NCBI GenBank assembly: GCA_963799845.1
Contig: CAWCYI010000006.1
Location: 352,001-416,000, forward strand
Length of the DNA stretch: 64,000 nt
Reading direction: 5' to 3'
Origin: an uncultured Nitrososphaerota archaeon
Lineage (GTDB): Archaea; Thermoproteota; Nitrososphaeria; Nitrososphaerales; CADDZS01
The notes under the pieces are model-generated. The model did no database searches. It had not been told where the DNA came from and worked only from the letters and a program-made list of their open reading frames with translations. Every line of letters begins with the position of its first letter. Position 1 is the first letter of the stretch. Position numbers and translations under genes: made by a program. This document shows, piece by piece, positions 20,034 through 30,317 of this stretch.

Positions 20034-20942
20034 TTACTGAGTCTTCAACCCGTTTTCTCTTTCCAGTTCTAGCGCAATGACGCTGAAATCTTTGTCTCCA
20101 TCTCCCTTTTCAGAGGCTTTCGAATATTGGCTCAGTGCGATGCTTGACAAGTGAAGCACTGCTCCGGTTTCCTTGGCTTGCCTGTCTGCGAGCCTGAGAT
20201 CTTTCAGAAGATTATTGAGAGAGAATTGTGGATCAAATATCCCGGACGCAATCCTGGGGCCTTTGGCTTCGCTGAACGTGTTTCGATGTGGAGTCTTGTT
20301 TATTACATCCACGAACGTTTTTGCATCGAACCCCTGCTTTTGAGATAAGATGAGCGCCTCAGAGAAGGATTCCCCGATAAGACCCAGATACAAATTGACA
20401 TCTAGTTTCATCTTGTGACCGTTTCCTGCTTTGCCCATGTATTCCACTGTCTGCCCGAGCTCGCCTAGAAAATTCCGATACCTTTGAAAGACTTCAGGAC
20501 CGCCTCCAACAAGGATCAACAGTCCCCCCTTTGATGCGAGATCCTCGCTTCCCACCACCGGTGCATCGAGTCTATCAACGCCGGACTTTCTCGCCGCTTC
20601 TGCATGCCTAACTGACGCGGTCGGATCAATCGTACTCAGGTCGATCCATAAACTTTCTTTCTTCATGGAATTAACAAAGCCGTTTGCACCGAGTGCTAAG
20701 CTCTCAATTGCATTCTCATCTGTGAGCGAGGTCAGGACGATTTCGACCGAAGAAGCTAAATCCGCTGCGGAGGGGTGAAAAATCGCGCCTTTGGTAACGA
20801 GAGGCTGAGCTTTTTCTTTTGTCCGGTTGTAGACATGCACCTCGTACTCTCTTGACAGGAGATTGGACGCAAACGCGCTTCCCATCAGGCCCAGGCCTAT
20901 TACACCGATTTTCAACTTTGTTTCTTTCGTTCCAGAGCTCAT
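20034..20942 (-). CDS. Beta-hydroxyacid dehydrogenase (3-hydroxyisobutyrate/6PGDH-like)
   Basis: GLGLMG, YNRT, DLSTI, DAPVVG, KMKL..N, KDL, D.DFS. Confidence 0.9.
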   Translation of the reverse strand: MSSGTKETKLKIGVIGLGLMGSAFASNLLSREYEVHVYNRTKEKAQPLVTKGAIFHPSAADLASSVEIVLTSLTDENAIESLALGANGFVNSMKKESLWIDLSTIDPTASVRHAEAARKSGVDRLDAPVVGSEDLASKGGLLILVGGGPEVFQRYRNFLGELGQTVEYMGKAGNGHKMKLDVNLYLGLIGESFSEALILSQKQGFDAKTFVDVINKTPHRNTFSEAKGPRIASGIFDPQFSLNNLLKDLRLADRQAKETGAVLHLSSIALSQYSKASEKGDGDKDFSVIALELERENGLKTQ

Positions 20943-21311
20943 TTTGCAAACTGCCTCGTCTAATTTCGATATTTTCAGTGCCAAGCGTGCAAGCATAAAT
21001 GCTGTTCGGAAGTTTGTCTTCTTTTCTCTCGAAGAATAATCCAGAGCCTCCCATGAATTATTCCCGCAGATATTTCTTAATGTCAGTCAAGAAGTATTGT
21101 CAGTTCTGAAAGGTTACGAAACACGCACGGCCGCAACAGTTCAAGGCACCTTTTTATGGAAGCCCCGAGATCTCGGGTCTAGCTTTTCCTTTCTTTTTTT
21201 CGAACTAGGAGACCTTTGCTTCGGGGACTATGATATGCTTGGTTCCATTTCCATACGCCTAAATGGCTTTAATTAAAGGGGATGCAAAGATGTGAGAGCT
21301 GAAAATAAGGT

Positions 21312-21833
21312 ATGGCAAAAGTGAAGGACCATATGACGACCGACGTTCCACATGTAAAGAGTTCTGATACGGTGCCGGTTGTCGCGGAGACGATGAACAG
21401 GGTCGGGTCGTCAGGCGTTGCGGTGTACGAGGAAGACAAAGTCGTAGGTCTTATCACAGCGAGGCGATTGGTATTCGAATTCATTACCTTGAACAAAAGG
21501 CCCGAAGAAGTGAAAGTGAGTCAAGTCATGGGACCCTTCTTTCGGATCAGCCCGAATGCATCAACGAAGGAACCGGCTCGGAAGATCAATGCTCATAATA
21601 TTACTAGGCTTGGCGTCTTCGAGAACGAAAAATTCTTGGGCTGAATTTCACTCTCTGACCTGACCCGAGAGCTCGGCAAGAGAAGGCTAATTGGAGTTGT
21701 GAGATCGCATGAATCGCCTGAGAATCCAGAGGTCCTCTGTCCAAACTGTCGCGCAGCATTCATTGAGAAGGTCACCAATTATGAGGGAGAGATATTGAGG
21801 TGGACATGCCCTAAATGTAAATATTCTCTTTAA
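21312..21833 (+). pseudogene. CBS-pair protein with C-terminal Zn ribbon, interrupted by in-frame TGA (21642-21644)
   Basis: Frame continues FLG*ISLSDL...CPNC...WTCPKCKYSL to TAA at 21831; the TGA sits where Trp (TGG) would fit. Confidence 0.7.
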
Positions 21834-21976
21834 GATTCATGGCACGAAGTAGAACTTTGATGCGGCAGAATGTATTTTCTTTGCTCAAGTGAGCTCAAGA
21901 ATAATGAAAATTACTTTCACGTCATAACTTGCCTATATTCAGAACCGCTTGGTTTGGGCTTACTAGCAAATCCATG

Positions 21977-22001
21977 AATGCGAAGGGTAGGATTTTAACC
22001 C
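21977..22001. repeat. Degenerate direct copy of the tRNA-Leu 3' end (att-like)
   Basis: AATGCGAAGGGTAGGATTTTAACCC vs AATGCGAGGGGTGGGATTCGAACCC (24384-24408): 21/25 identical, same orientation. Confidence 0.6.
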
Positions 22002-22285
22002 CAATTTGCCGGTAAAACATTTTTGAAACGCAAATTCCCCCTTAGGTCCGGGATCCGGACACGAATATGCTAGTAAACGGGAGTAACCCATGCCTGCATG
22101 CGTTTCGCAAATTGGCCCAAAATCCGACATTCTGTTGTGGGGAGACGTACATATAAGCCCACGCCAATTCATGTGCGGGATTCCCACGTCACACTCAAGA
22201 TTTTTTCATCAGGATGGGATCCTAGCAGGTGCTACTTCAATAGAATCTAAACAGTTTTATCATGATTTGAAGACGGCCGGATTGG

Positions 22286-24232
22286 TTGTCTGAAAGCAAG
22301 CGTAGGCTCGCAGCCATAATGTTCACTGATATGGTGGGCTATACGGCTCTTGGTCAGAGGAACGAGTCTCTTTCGCTAGCCCTTGTAGAAGAACAGAGGA
22401 GGATTGTAAGACCAATTCTGTTGAGACACAATGGCAGAGAGGTGAAGACAATCGGCGATGCATTTTTGGTCGAATTCCCCAATGCTCTGGACGCTGTGAG
22501 ATGCGCGTACGATGTACAGCGGGCCACGCGTGAATTCAACATTTCAGTACCCGAAGAAAGCAAAATTCAACTTCGCGTAGGAGTACATCTGGGTGACGTG
22601 GTAGAATCCGGTGGCGATATTTTTGGCGATGCAGTCAACGTTGCCTCCAGAATTGAATCTATAGCGGAGGGGGGTGGAGTTTGTTTGACGCGACAGGTTT
22701 ACGATGGAGTCAGAAACAAGATTGAACTAACTTTTACGAGCTTGGGAGAAAAGTCACTCAAGAACGTAGATCTCCCAATAGAAGTATACAGGATCGATAT
22801 GCCGTGGGACAGACGAGAGCTAGAGTCAACACGGAAACTTGATAGTCATAGAATAGCAGTTCTCCCCTTTGCCAGTCTGAGCCCTGATCCCAATGACGAG
22901 TTCTTCGCTGACGGTTTAACCGATGAGCTCATCACAAGATTGTCGTTGCTCTCGGGGCTCGAGGTGATCGCTCGAACTTCCGTCATGAGCTACAAAAAGA
23001 AAGAAAAGAATGCCAACCAGATCGGCAAGGAACTTAGGGCAGGGGCTTTGGTTGAGGGCAGTGTGAGAAAGTCAGGTAACAGAATCCGCGTGACGGCTCA
23101 GCTGAATTGATTCGAATAGTGAGAGTCATCTGTGGGCAGAGAGTTATGATCGTAAATTGGAAGACATCTTCTCGGTACAGTCAGATATCGCAGAAAGAGT
23201 CGCTTCAAGTTTGCGCGTTAATATTACAGCTCAGGAAAAGAAAAGGATCGAGAAGGAAAGCACGGCGAATATGGAAGCGCATAACGAGTATTTGAAGGGT
23301 AAGGTTAGCGCTGTGCGGTGGGATAGGAGCTCTCTTTCCACGGCGGTTAAACACTTTGAGAAGGCGATCGCTCTGGATCCGGATTTTCCCTTGGCCTACT
23401 GTGGGTTGTCCATGATCTATTCGAAGCTCGCTTTTCAGGACGCTGTCAATCCATCAGAGGCTTATGAAAAGGCACAACGATATGCCCTCAAAGCCAAGGA
23501 GCTTGACGAATCGCTGCCCGAGGCCTATCTTTATCTCGTAGCCGCGCGGCTCAATACGTATGATTTTGCAACCCGGGAAGACGATCTCAAGAAAGCCCTT
23601 TCGCTAAACCCCAATCTGGCCGAAGCTCATATGCTTCTTGCCAATCACTATGCATACATGAACCGTTGGGATGAAGTCGTCATGGAAATCGAGAAGGCTC
23701 TCCAGCTCGATCCACTTTCGGTGGATGCCATGGAATATGCAGGGACCTGGTACCTGTACGCAGGGCGCTATGATGATGCCATCAAGTGTCTCGAGGAAGC
23801 GCTGGAGCTTGACCCGAGTAATTCGCAAGCCCTAGATAACATGGGTCTGGCCCACATTCAGAAGGGGATGGTCGAGCAAGGACTGGAGGAAATCAAGAGG
23901 GCTGTCAAAGCTCAGAACACTCCAGCTCCTAATGGAGATCTCGCCTATGCCTACGTGAAAGCAGGGCGGCCGGAGGAGGCAAGGAAAATTTTGGCAGAGC
24001 TACAAAAACCGGACTCGAATAATCCCGTAGCTTCTACCACGATAGCTGGAATATACGCGGTGCTTGGGGAAAAAGAAAAGGCCCTTCAATGGCTGGAAAA
24101 GGCATACGATGAAAGATCGGGTACCTCCCTTCGATTGCTGCGGACTTTGTATATGATAACCTGCACGCAGAGCCGCGATTTCTGGCACTGCTAAGCAAGA
24201 TGGGGTTAAACAGGCCGACGAGAATAAAGTAG
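22286..24232 (+). CDS. Class III adenylate cyclase with TolB-N-like and TPR domains (frameshifts near 23105 and 24122)
   Basis: MFTDMVGYT, VKTIGDAFL, RVGVHLGDV, DIFGDAVNVASR; IAVLPF...FADGLTDELI; TPRs (ALDP, LNPNLAEAH); end restores LHAEPRFLALLSKMGL. Confidence 0.85.
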
Positions 24233-24385
24233 TAGCCGTAACGTATAAGTCTCCCGACAATTAGGACGTTGGAAATAAATCAGTCTCAATAGTTCAGAAT
24301 AGGAATTATCGTTTGTTTTTATAGAAGGATCGATCTTAGAGAGCGTGGAAAGGCCGTATCCATTTTCTCTAATTTGCCCTAAAAA

Positions 24386-24550
24386 TGCGAGGGGTGGGAT
24401 TCGAACCCACGAACCCCTAAGGGACGGGATTTCTCACTAGTAAGCCAGGTTAATTACTAGTCTGACCTCTGTCTCATGGACAAAGGAGATCTTAAGTCTC
24501 ACGCAACACATTGTTGTCCCGCGCAATTGACCAGGCTCTGCAACCCTCGC
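24386..24550 (-). tRNA. tRNA-Leu(TAA) with introns at 30/31 (24498-24517, 20 nt) and 37/38 (24431-24490, 60 nt)
   Basis: Mature 85 nt GCGAGGG...CGGGA CTTAAGA TCCCG, long variable arm, GTGGG TTCGAAT CCCAC CCCTCGC A; BHB central helices CGCG/CGTG and CTTA/TGAG. Confidence 0.9.
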
Positions 24551-24598
24551 AAGCCGGTCTCGTTTTCGTCCTAAGATTGAAAAGGAAATCTGTTAAAA

Positions 24599-25230
24599 TT
24601 AGGTGCCAAAAATCGAGATTATCCCTGAGGTTAGGAATGAGACCGCGATGGCCGCCATCAGTATCTCCATAACCTTTCCAACTATTATCAATCTAGTAGG
24701 TCCTACCAGTCTTGTGAGTCTGGCGCTGGCCCTAAATAAAAGCCATGCAATGAAACAATCAACAATTATTGAAACCAAACTCAACTAAGGGCCGTAAGGA
24801 TCCCTTGCAAGCGGCATCACCGTCGTTAAGGATCCCGGGCCAGCAAGCAGAGGCGTTGCTATCGGAATTACCGCGATCATTTCGACAAGCTTCATTTTGT
24901 CAATTACGACGTCAGATTTGGTGACCCCCAAAGGCTCACTTGAAAGGGCAATCCGCAGTGCAAAAAGAAGTAGTAGTGTTCCGCCGGCGATTTCAAAATC
25001 CGCGATCTTGATTCCTAGGAAAAATAAGATTAGATCGCCCTATAGCGCAAAAACGAGCAGCAGTCCCGCCGCGACAAGTACTGCTCTGTTTGCAATCTCC
25101 TCCAGCTGTATTTCCGACACACCACCAGTCATCGACACGAAGAATGGAAATACCCCAATTGGATCGAGGATGACAAAAGTGTCACAATCCCCGTGACAAA
25201 TTCGGTCGCGATTTCTATGAGTTGCGTCAA
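24599..25230 (-). pseudogene. MarC-family membrane protein pseudogene
   Basis: DPIG..PFF, FEIAGG.LL, PIATPLLAGPGS, ILMAAIAV; in-frame TAG at 25040-25042 and 24785-24787, plus a frameshift near 25178. Confidence 0.8.
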
Positions 25231-25256
25231 GCCTTACACGAAGCTCTCATAGTTCG

Positions 25257-25754
25257 TCAGGCTCGATTCCCCGAGTCGTCATCTGCTTCGATCTGCAGCT
25301 CTCTTTTTTGAAGAATCTCGTCGATTATGAGAACGGTTCTTCTGATATTGCGCAGCGGGACGATGGGATCATAGCCTACAACCGGCTGGGTCTTCGAAAA
25401 TTCAGAGAGCGGATGTCTGTCGGAGTATTTCTTGTTCACTACAAGGAGCTCGACCAGCTCTTCAGTGCCCATGTTTTCAATTTCGGACCTCCATCCATGA
25501 TAATAGCGTCCCTTGTCATCAACGAGGGTAATCTTTTCGTCGCCGGTATTTTCTCTTCGAATTTTGGCCCAAAAATCCTTCGCATCCTCGTCGTAAGCTA
25601 CAGTGCCCGATTCAATTTTTTTCCTGTAACTTTCAACGGCCTGTTTTACTTGATCGGAAGAGAGGTTCAAATCAGTGCCTATCTCCAAAATTGGTTTTCC
25701 TAATTCTGATAGGTAGAAGCAAGCTTCTTCTACAAACTCATCTTCGATGGGCAA
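25257..25754 (-). CDS. Hypothetical protein with possible N-terminal HTH
   Basis: 165-aa ORF with protein-like composition; GKPILEIGTDLNLSSDQV. Confidence 0.65.
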   Translation of the reverse strand: MPIEDEFVEEACFYLSELGKPILEIGTDLNLSSDQVKQAVESYRKKIESGTVAYDEDAKDFWAKIRRENTGDEKITLVDDKGRYYHGWRSEIENMGTEELVELLVVNKKYSDRHPLSEFSKTQPVVGYDPIVPLRNIRRTVLIIDEILQKRELQIEADDDSGNRA

Positions 25755-25990
25755 ACAAAGTATCGATCCCCGGCCATACTATTAAAGCCGTTCACCAAAA
25801 GAGAAGTAAGATGATTAGCGCTCCGTTGGCGAAGTTACATTCATCGTCCTATTTCGAATTAGTGATTTACAAACTCGCCCTAATGTTTTGCGACCTTTGT
25901 GAAATCGGGTGAATCATTTCTCTTATTATGAATTAATCGATAGTTTCGACCGGGACGATAGAAAGTAAGATGGAGGAAAATAGCAAATAG

Positions 25991-27158
25991 TTGCGCCGGA
26001 TCTACTTTTCAGTTTTCGGATCAGGCCTTGGTCATGCGGCCCGTATCAGCGAGATTCTCAAGTAAGCTTTTCAACCGAGGGGACGAATTCATGTATTCGA
26101 GCTTTGAGGAGGGTCTAGATTATCTTCGCGCTCAAGGGATGCATCCTGCCCAAAGCCCGTCGATTGACCTGAGGTGGAACTCGGATGGTGGTTTCTCTTC
26201 GCAGGATTCGTTTCTGGGATTTCCCAAGGCAATACTCACCTTCATCAAGCAATTTGGTTTCGAGTCAGACATACTCTCAAGATTTCATCCAAATGTGGTG
26301 GTTTCTGATTCGAGACTTTCTCCAATATTTGCGGCACGAGCAAAATCCTGTCCAATTGTCACGATACTGAACCAATTCAAGGTGCTTTTTCCATCAAGGT
26401 TTCGTGGTAATTTGCTTTCAGATTTCTACGAGCGAATTGCCGGAAATGTACTTGGCCTCTTTTGGTCCCTGAGCGACGAGGTTCTAATGTCGGACCTTCC
26501 GCCACCCTATACCATAAGTGAGGCGAATATTGCCGGTACAAATATCTCAAACATCGTCCAATACGTTGGATTTACGTCGCCCAGCCTGTCGGTCACGGAA
26601 GAAAGCGTCAGCAAAGTAAAGAGTGCTCTATCCTTTGATTCTAGAGACGTCGTCTTCATCCAGATTAGCGGTCCCAATGCCACAAAGAAAAGATTTGTTG
26701 ATACCGCACTCGTAGCCACCGAAGAGCTCTCCAAACGATTTAACGTCGTCGTCTCACTTGGATATCCCAAAGGCTCTAGCAATCCGAAGAAACTTACCAA
26801 TGGTTCCTGGCTGTTCGAATGGTGTCCGGTGAAGGATGAGCTCTTCGTACTATCGCGAGCATTGGTTGGCAGATCTGGTCATGGGACTATCGGGCAGTGC
26901 ATCAATCTAGGAAAGCCGGCCGTGTTAGTCCCGATCTTTAATCATTCAGAGCAGATTGCGAATGCGGACAAATTTCAGAAACTTGGGCTTGGGATCGAAG
27001 TCCGGTCGGAGAAACTAACTCCAAACATCTTAGTCGAATCGGTGGATGCTTGCATCGAAGATCCTTCGTATATCGAAAGATCCAGAAAAGTCATGGAGAT
27101 CTCCAAACGGTACGGCGGAGTCAACAGTGTGGTGCGGGTAATAGAGTCGTACCTTTAG
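25991..27158 (+). CDS. GT-B glycosyltransferase, GT28/MurG-like (frameshift near 26060)
   Basis: N-terminus IYFSVFGSGLGHAAR from TTG 25991; C-terminus GRSGHGTI...GKPAVLVP..NHSEQ..NA. Confidence 0.85.
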
Positions 27159-27167
27159 CCAGTTTGT

Positions 27168-28679
27168 CTAGGCTCTCGACGTAATCTTTGGAGCAATCTC
27201 TGGCGCTGTTTCGAGCGACGTCTGTCTGATGTGCCTCGTCAGATTCATGGATTTCAGAGTAAAAATCCCGAATCCAGCCATCGACAGGGAAAGGAACCAT
27301 ACTCCATGCAAGAGGGCAAAAATCGCCAAGCCTATTCCGCTTATCGCTAGTACGCCTTCGACTATCGAGTTTCGGTCGTTTGCAAGGTTTCTGAAGTATT
27401 TTGTCTTGGTCATCTCCTTTTCCGAACCGGATTTTGGCGTCCTGTAGAGAAAGAACCCCAGCCTATCGAAAACGCCGTAGAAAAAGCCGATGGAGCCGAG
27501 CGTAAGCATACATCCCGTGGCGTAACCAAGCATCGGGATCAGAGAAGCATTCTCTTTCGTTAACAGACCCTGAATCCACAATGCCCAGGCTCCAGAGAGC
27601 ATGGAAATCGCGATGGGAACGGTCACGATAGTCACGAAGATTGGATTATTGAAGATTGAATTAGCTGGCGTGACGATGTTCAGAAAGACCGCGAGGGCAG
27701 AAAGAAATGTCACGATGATCCAGCTCAGAGATGAAAATGGGCTCATTAGCATCAAAATTAACCCAAACCTCTTTCGGAGAGAGATATCGTCAGCGGTGAA
27801 GATCGTCTTCCAGTACTTTGCAATACACCGCCACCATCCTTGTGAGGTTCTCGCGACCTGCTTTTTCCATGCTTCCAGTGTGGAAGGATCTTCGCTCATT
27901 ATGGTGACATTGCTAAGGTAGATACCACGCTTTCCTGCGAGGTAGAGCTTTATCGATACGTCAGTGTCATCCGCGATTCGTTCGTTAGACCACTGACCGA
28001 CCTCTCGAAGATCTTTCGTCCTTACCATGGTAAAGCCGCCCTGGAATGAAAAGGGAGCGTCAATCCTGTACGAACCCATCTTCGAAAGAGTGTCCCCGAT
28101 GTCCTGAGAAAGGGCAAACAGCTTGGTAACCTTGTTGTAGCTCCTATTGTAATGACCGTAGCGATATGAGACAAAGGATGCCCTGTCGTGAGTTTCGAGA
28201 GTATCAATTCCCTTGCTCAAAATATCTTTAGGAATGATCGAGTCCGCGTCAAGTAGCAAAACATATTCACCAACTACATAGTCCATCGCCTTGTTTAGAG
28301 CGCCACATTTGAAATTCTCCCGCGTTGGCCTTCTCGAAACAACTGCTTTTATCCCGGAGCGATTCAGCTCCCTAACTTTGTTTTCGATAATTTCAGCAGT
28401 GAGATCGTTAGAATCATCAGCGACAACAACTTGTATCTTGTGTCTGGGATAGTCGAGATGTTTCACGGCATCAAGTGACTTCTCAATTACAAATCTTTCA
28501 TTGAAAGTCGCAATCAGGATCGAAACCATCGGATGGTAGTCGAGCTCGACCTTTTTCCTGCCCAGATTTCTCGGGTATTTCGTCGATGAAACCAGCAAAA
28601 CCATCCAATAATATGAAAGCGCGAGAACTGGTAAGCTCAGCGCCAGCGTGACCAGCTCGACAATGAACCAAGTCTGCAT
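27168..28679 (-). CDS. Membrane GT2 glycosyltransferase, cellulose-synthase-like
   Basis: TFNE, DDSND, KCGALN, DADS, then ADD and QVART at the TED and QxxRW positions; multiple TM helices. Confidence 0.85.
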   Translation of the reverse strand: MQTWFIVELVTLALSLPVLALSYYWMVLLVSSTKYPRNLGRKKVELDYHPMVSILIATFNERFVIEKSLDAVKHLDYPRHKIQVVVADDSNDLTAEIIENKVRELNRSGIKAVVSRRPTRENFKCGALNKAMDYVVGEYVLLLDADSIIPKDILSKGIDTLETHDRASFVSYRYGHYNRSYNKVTKLFALSQDIGDTLSKMGSYRIDAPFSFQGGFTMVRTKDLREVGQWSNERIADDTDVSIKLYLAGKRGIYLSNVTIMSEDPSTLEAWKKQVARTSQGWWRCIAKYWKTIFTADDISLRKRFGLILMLMSPFSSLSWIIVTFLSALAVFLNIVTPANSIFNNPIFVTIVTVPIAISMLSGAWALWIQGLLTKENASLIPMLGYATGCMLTLGSIGFFYGVFDRLGFFLYRTPKSGSEKEMTKTKYFRNLANDRNSIVEGVLAISGIGLAIFALLHGVWFLSLSMAGFGIFTLKSMNLTRHIRQTSLETAPEIAPKITSRA

Positions 28680-28902
28680 TGTGAGATTTGCCAGAATTCC
28701 GATTAGTGACTTTCTATATGTTATGTAAATTTTTAGCTTCGGCCACTAGAAATCTGTTCGAGAATCATATGGAATGCCCTTTTTCCGTTCCTGAAGAAGA
28801 TTTGATTTGATTGATTCCACTCGATTTTTAGTCAAAACAACGCATCCGACCAGTTATTGGACAGCTTATATTTTCGGTTTATCCGCGATTGGAGTCTAAT
28901 CA

Positions 28903-29511
28903 TTGAAGCGAAAATCCTGGGCCGTATTTCTGGATAGAGACGGAGTTCTGAATGAGCTTGTATTTTACAAAGAGCAAGGCCGAGTCGGCAGCCCTCTGTC
29001 GGCAAAGCAGCTCATAGTTACGCCCCGCGCCGCGGAGACCGTAAATGGCATTCATGACCTGGGAGCGAAAATCATCGTCATTTCCAATCAACCGGGTGTT
29101 GCCAAAAAGCAATTCAGTAACAATGAGCTTCTCAAGATGAATGAGAAAATCAAGATAGAGCTCGCAAAAAAGGGAGCGTTTCTAGATGCGGAGTACTACT
29201 GTCTACATCATCCGAGCGCATTGATTGAGAAGTACAGGAAGGTCTGCGATTGCAGGAAACCAAAGCCCGGTTTGGTTCTAAGGGCGGCAGAAGAACATAA
29301 TCTAGATCTCAAACAGTCTTTTTTTGTCGGTGATTCATTGATAGATGTTAAGGCGGGACGATCAGCGGGAGTTAGGACGGTACTTGTCGGAACGATGACA
29401 GATCTCCTCAACCGAGTGATTGAGAATGAAGATGCGAGGCCAGATTACATTGTAGGCAAATTTACTGATGTTGTTGGGCTAATTAGAAAAGTTCGCGCGA
29501 ACAGCTCTTGA
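28903..29511 (+). CDS. gmhB: D-glycero-D-manno-heptose 1,7-bisphosphate phosphatase (HAD IIIA)
   Basis: FLDRDGVLN, SNQPG, CLHHP...CDCRKPKPG, VGDS..DV.AG; heptose cluster context. Confidence 0.85.
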   Translation: MKRKSWAVFLDRDGVLNELVFYKEQGRVGSPLSAKQLIVTPRAAETVNGIHDLGAKIIVISNQPGVAKKQFSNNELLKMNEKIKIELAKKGAFLDAEYYCLHHPSALIEKYRKVCDCRKPKPGLVLRAAEEHNLDLKQSFFVGDSLIDVKAGRSAGVRTVLVGTMTDLLNRVIENEDARPDYIVGKFTDVVGLIRKVRANSS

Positions 29512-29524
29512 AGCGTGCCATCCA

Positions 29525-30235
29525 TTGCAAGTTGTAATTCTTGCCGGCGGTCTCGGCACTAGATTACGGCCTCTTACTTTTTCGGTTCCCAAGCCAATGG
29601 TGAGTGTAAACGACAGACCTTTTCTCGAATACGAGTTGCGCCTTCTGAAGAAAAACGAATTCGAAAAATTTGTCTTTTGTCTCGGGTACAAGTCAGAAGC
29701 AATCGTGAGCCATTTTGGGAACGGTGAGAGATTTGGAGTCTCGATTGCCTACAGCTATGACGGCGATAAACAGCTCGGCCCTGCGGGGGCACTGAAGAAT
29801 GCTTCCAGCCTCTTGGAAAAAGAGTTCATGGTTACGTATGGAGATGCTTTCCTCCGGATGGATTATCTGAATCTCACCAAGAAGTTTCATGAGTCGGGAA
29901 AACTCGGGATGATGGTTGTTCTTGAAAACCATGACGAGTTCGGAAAAAGTGATCTCATAGTCAGGAACGGAATGGTAACGAAGTACGACAAGCGCGGGAG
30001 TGATCCAGAAATGGTGTGGATCAATTTTGGTGCCACACTGTTGAAAAGAGATTCACTCGATTTGATATCACCTGGGATCGAAGTTGGAGAAGAGCAGTTC
30101 TATGGCTCGCTAATCGCAAGAAGTGAGCTCGCTGCTTTTGTCTCAAAAGAACGGTTCTACGAAATCGGTACGATTCGGGGTTTGCAAGAGTTTGAAAATT
30201 TCCTGGCCAAGAATCTCGATTACTTTCGCGACTAG
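29525..30235 (+). CDS. hddC: Sugar-1-phosphate nucleotidyltransferase, HddC-like
   Basis: ILAGGLGTRL, PKPM, YGD, FYEIGT; short single domain next to gmhA, gmhB and hddA. Confidence 0.7.
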   Translation: MQVVILAGGLGTRLRPLTFSVPKPMVSVNDRPFLEYELRLLKKNEFEKFVFCLGYKSEAIVSHFGNGERFGVSIAYSYDGDKQLGPAGALKNASSLLEKEFMVTYGDAFLRMDYLNLTKKFHESGKLGMMVVLENHDEFGKSDLIVRNGMVTKYDKRGSDPEMVWINFGATLLKRDSLDLISPGIEVGEEQFYGSLIARSELAAFVSKERFYEIGTIRGLQEFENFLAKNLDYFRD

Positions 30236-30317
30236 CTTTAGGCCAAATAGAATATTGCGCTTGCGGCGATACTATTGTCAAATACTTATTTAGCCTAGAA
30301 GGGGCCGCAACAGAGAC

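Noticed and set aside
21642-21644. In-frame UGA as selenocysteine
   Set aside because: The position fits Trp rather than Cys in a CBS strand; no SECIS-like element recognised
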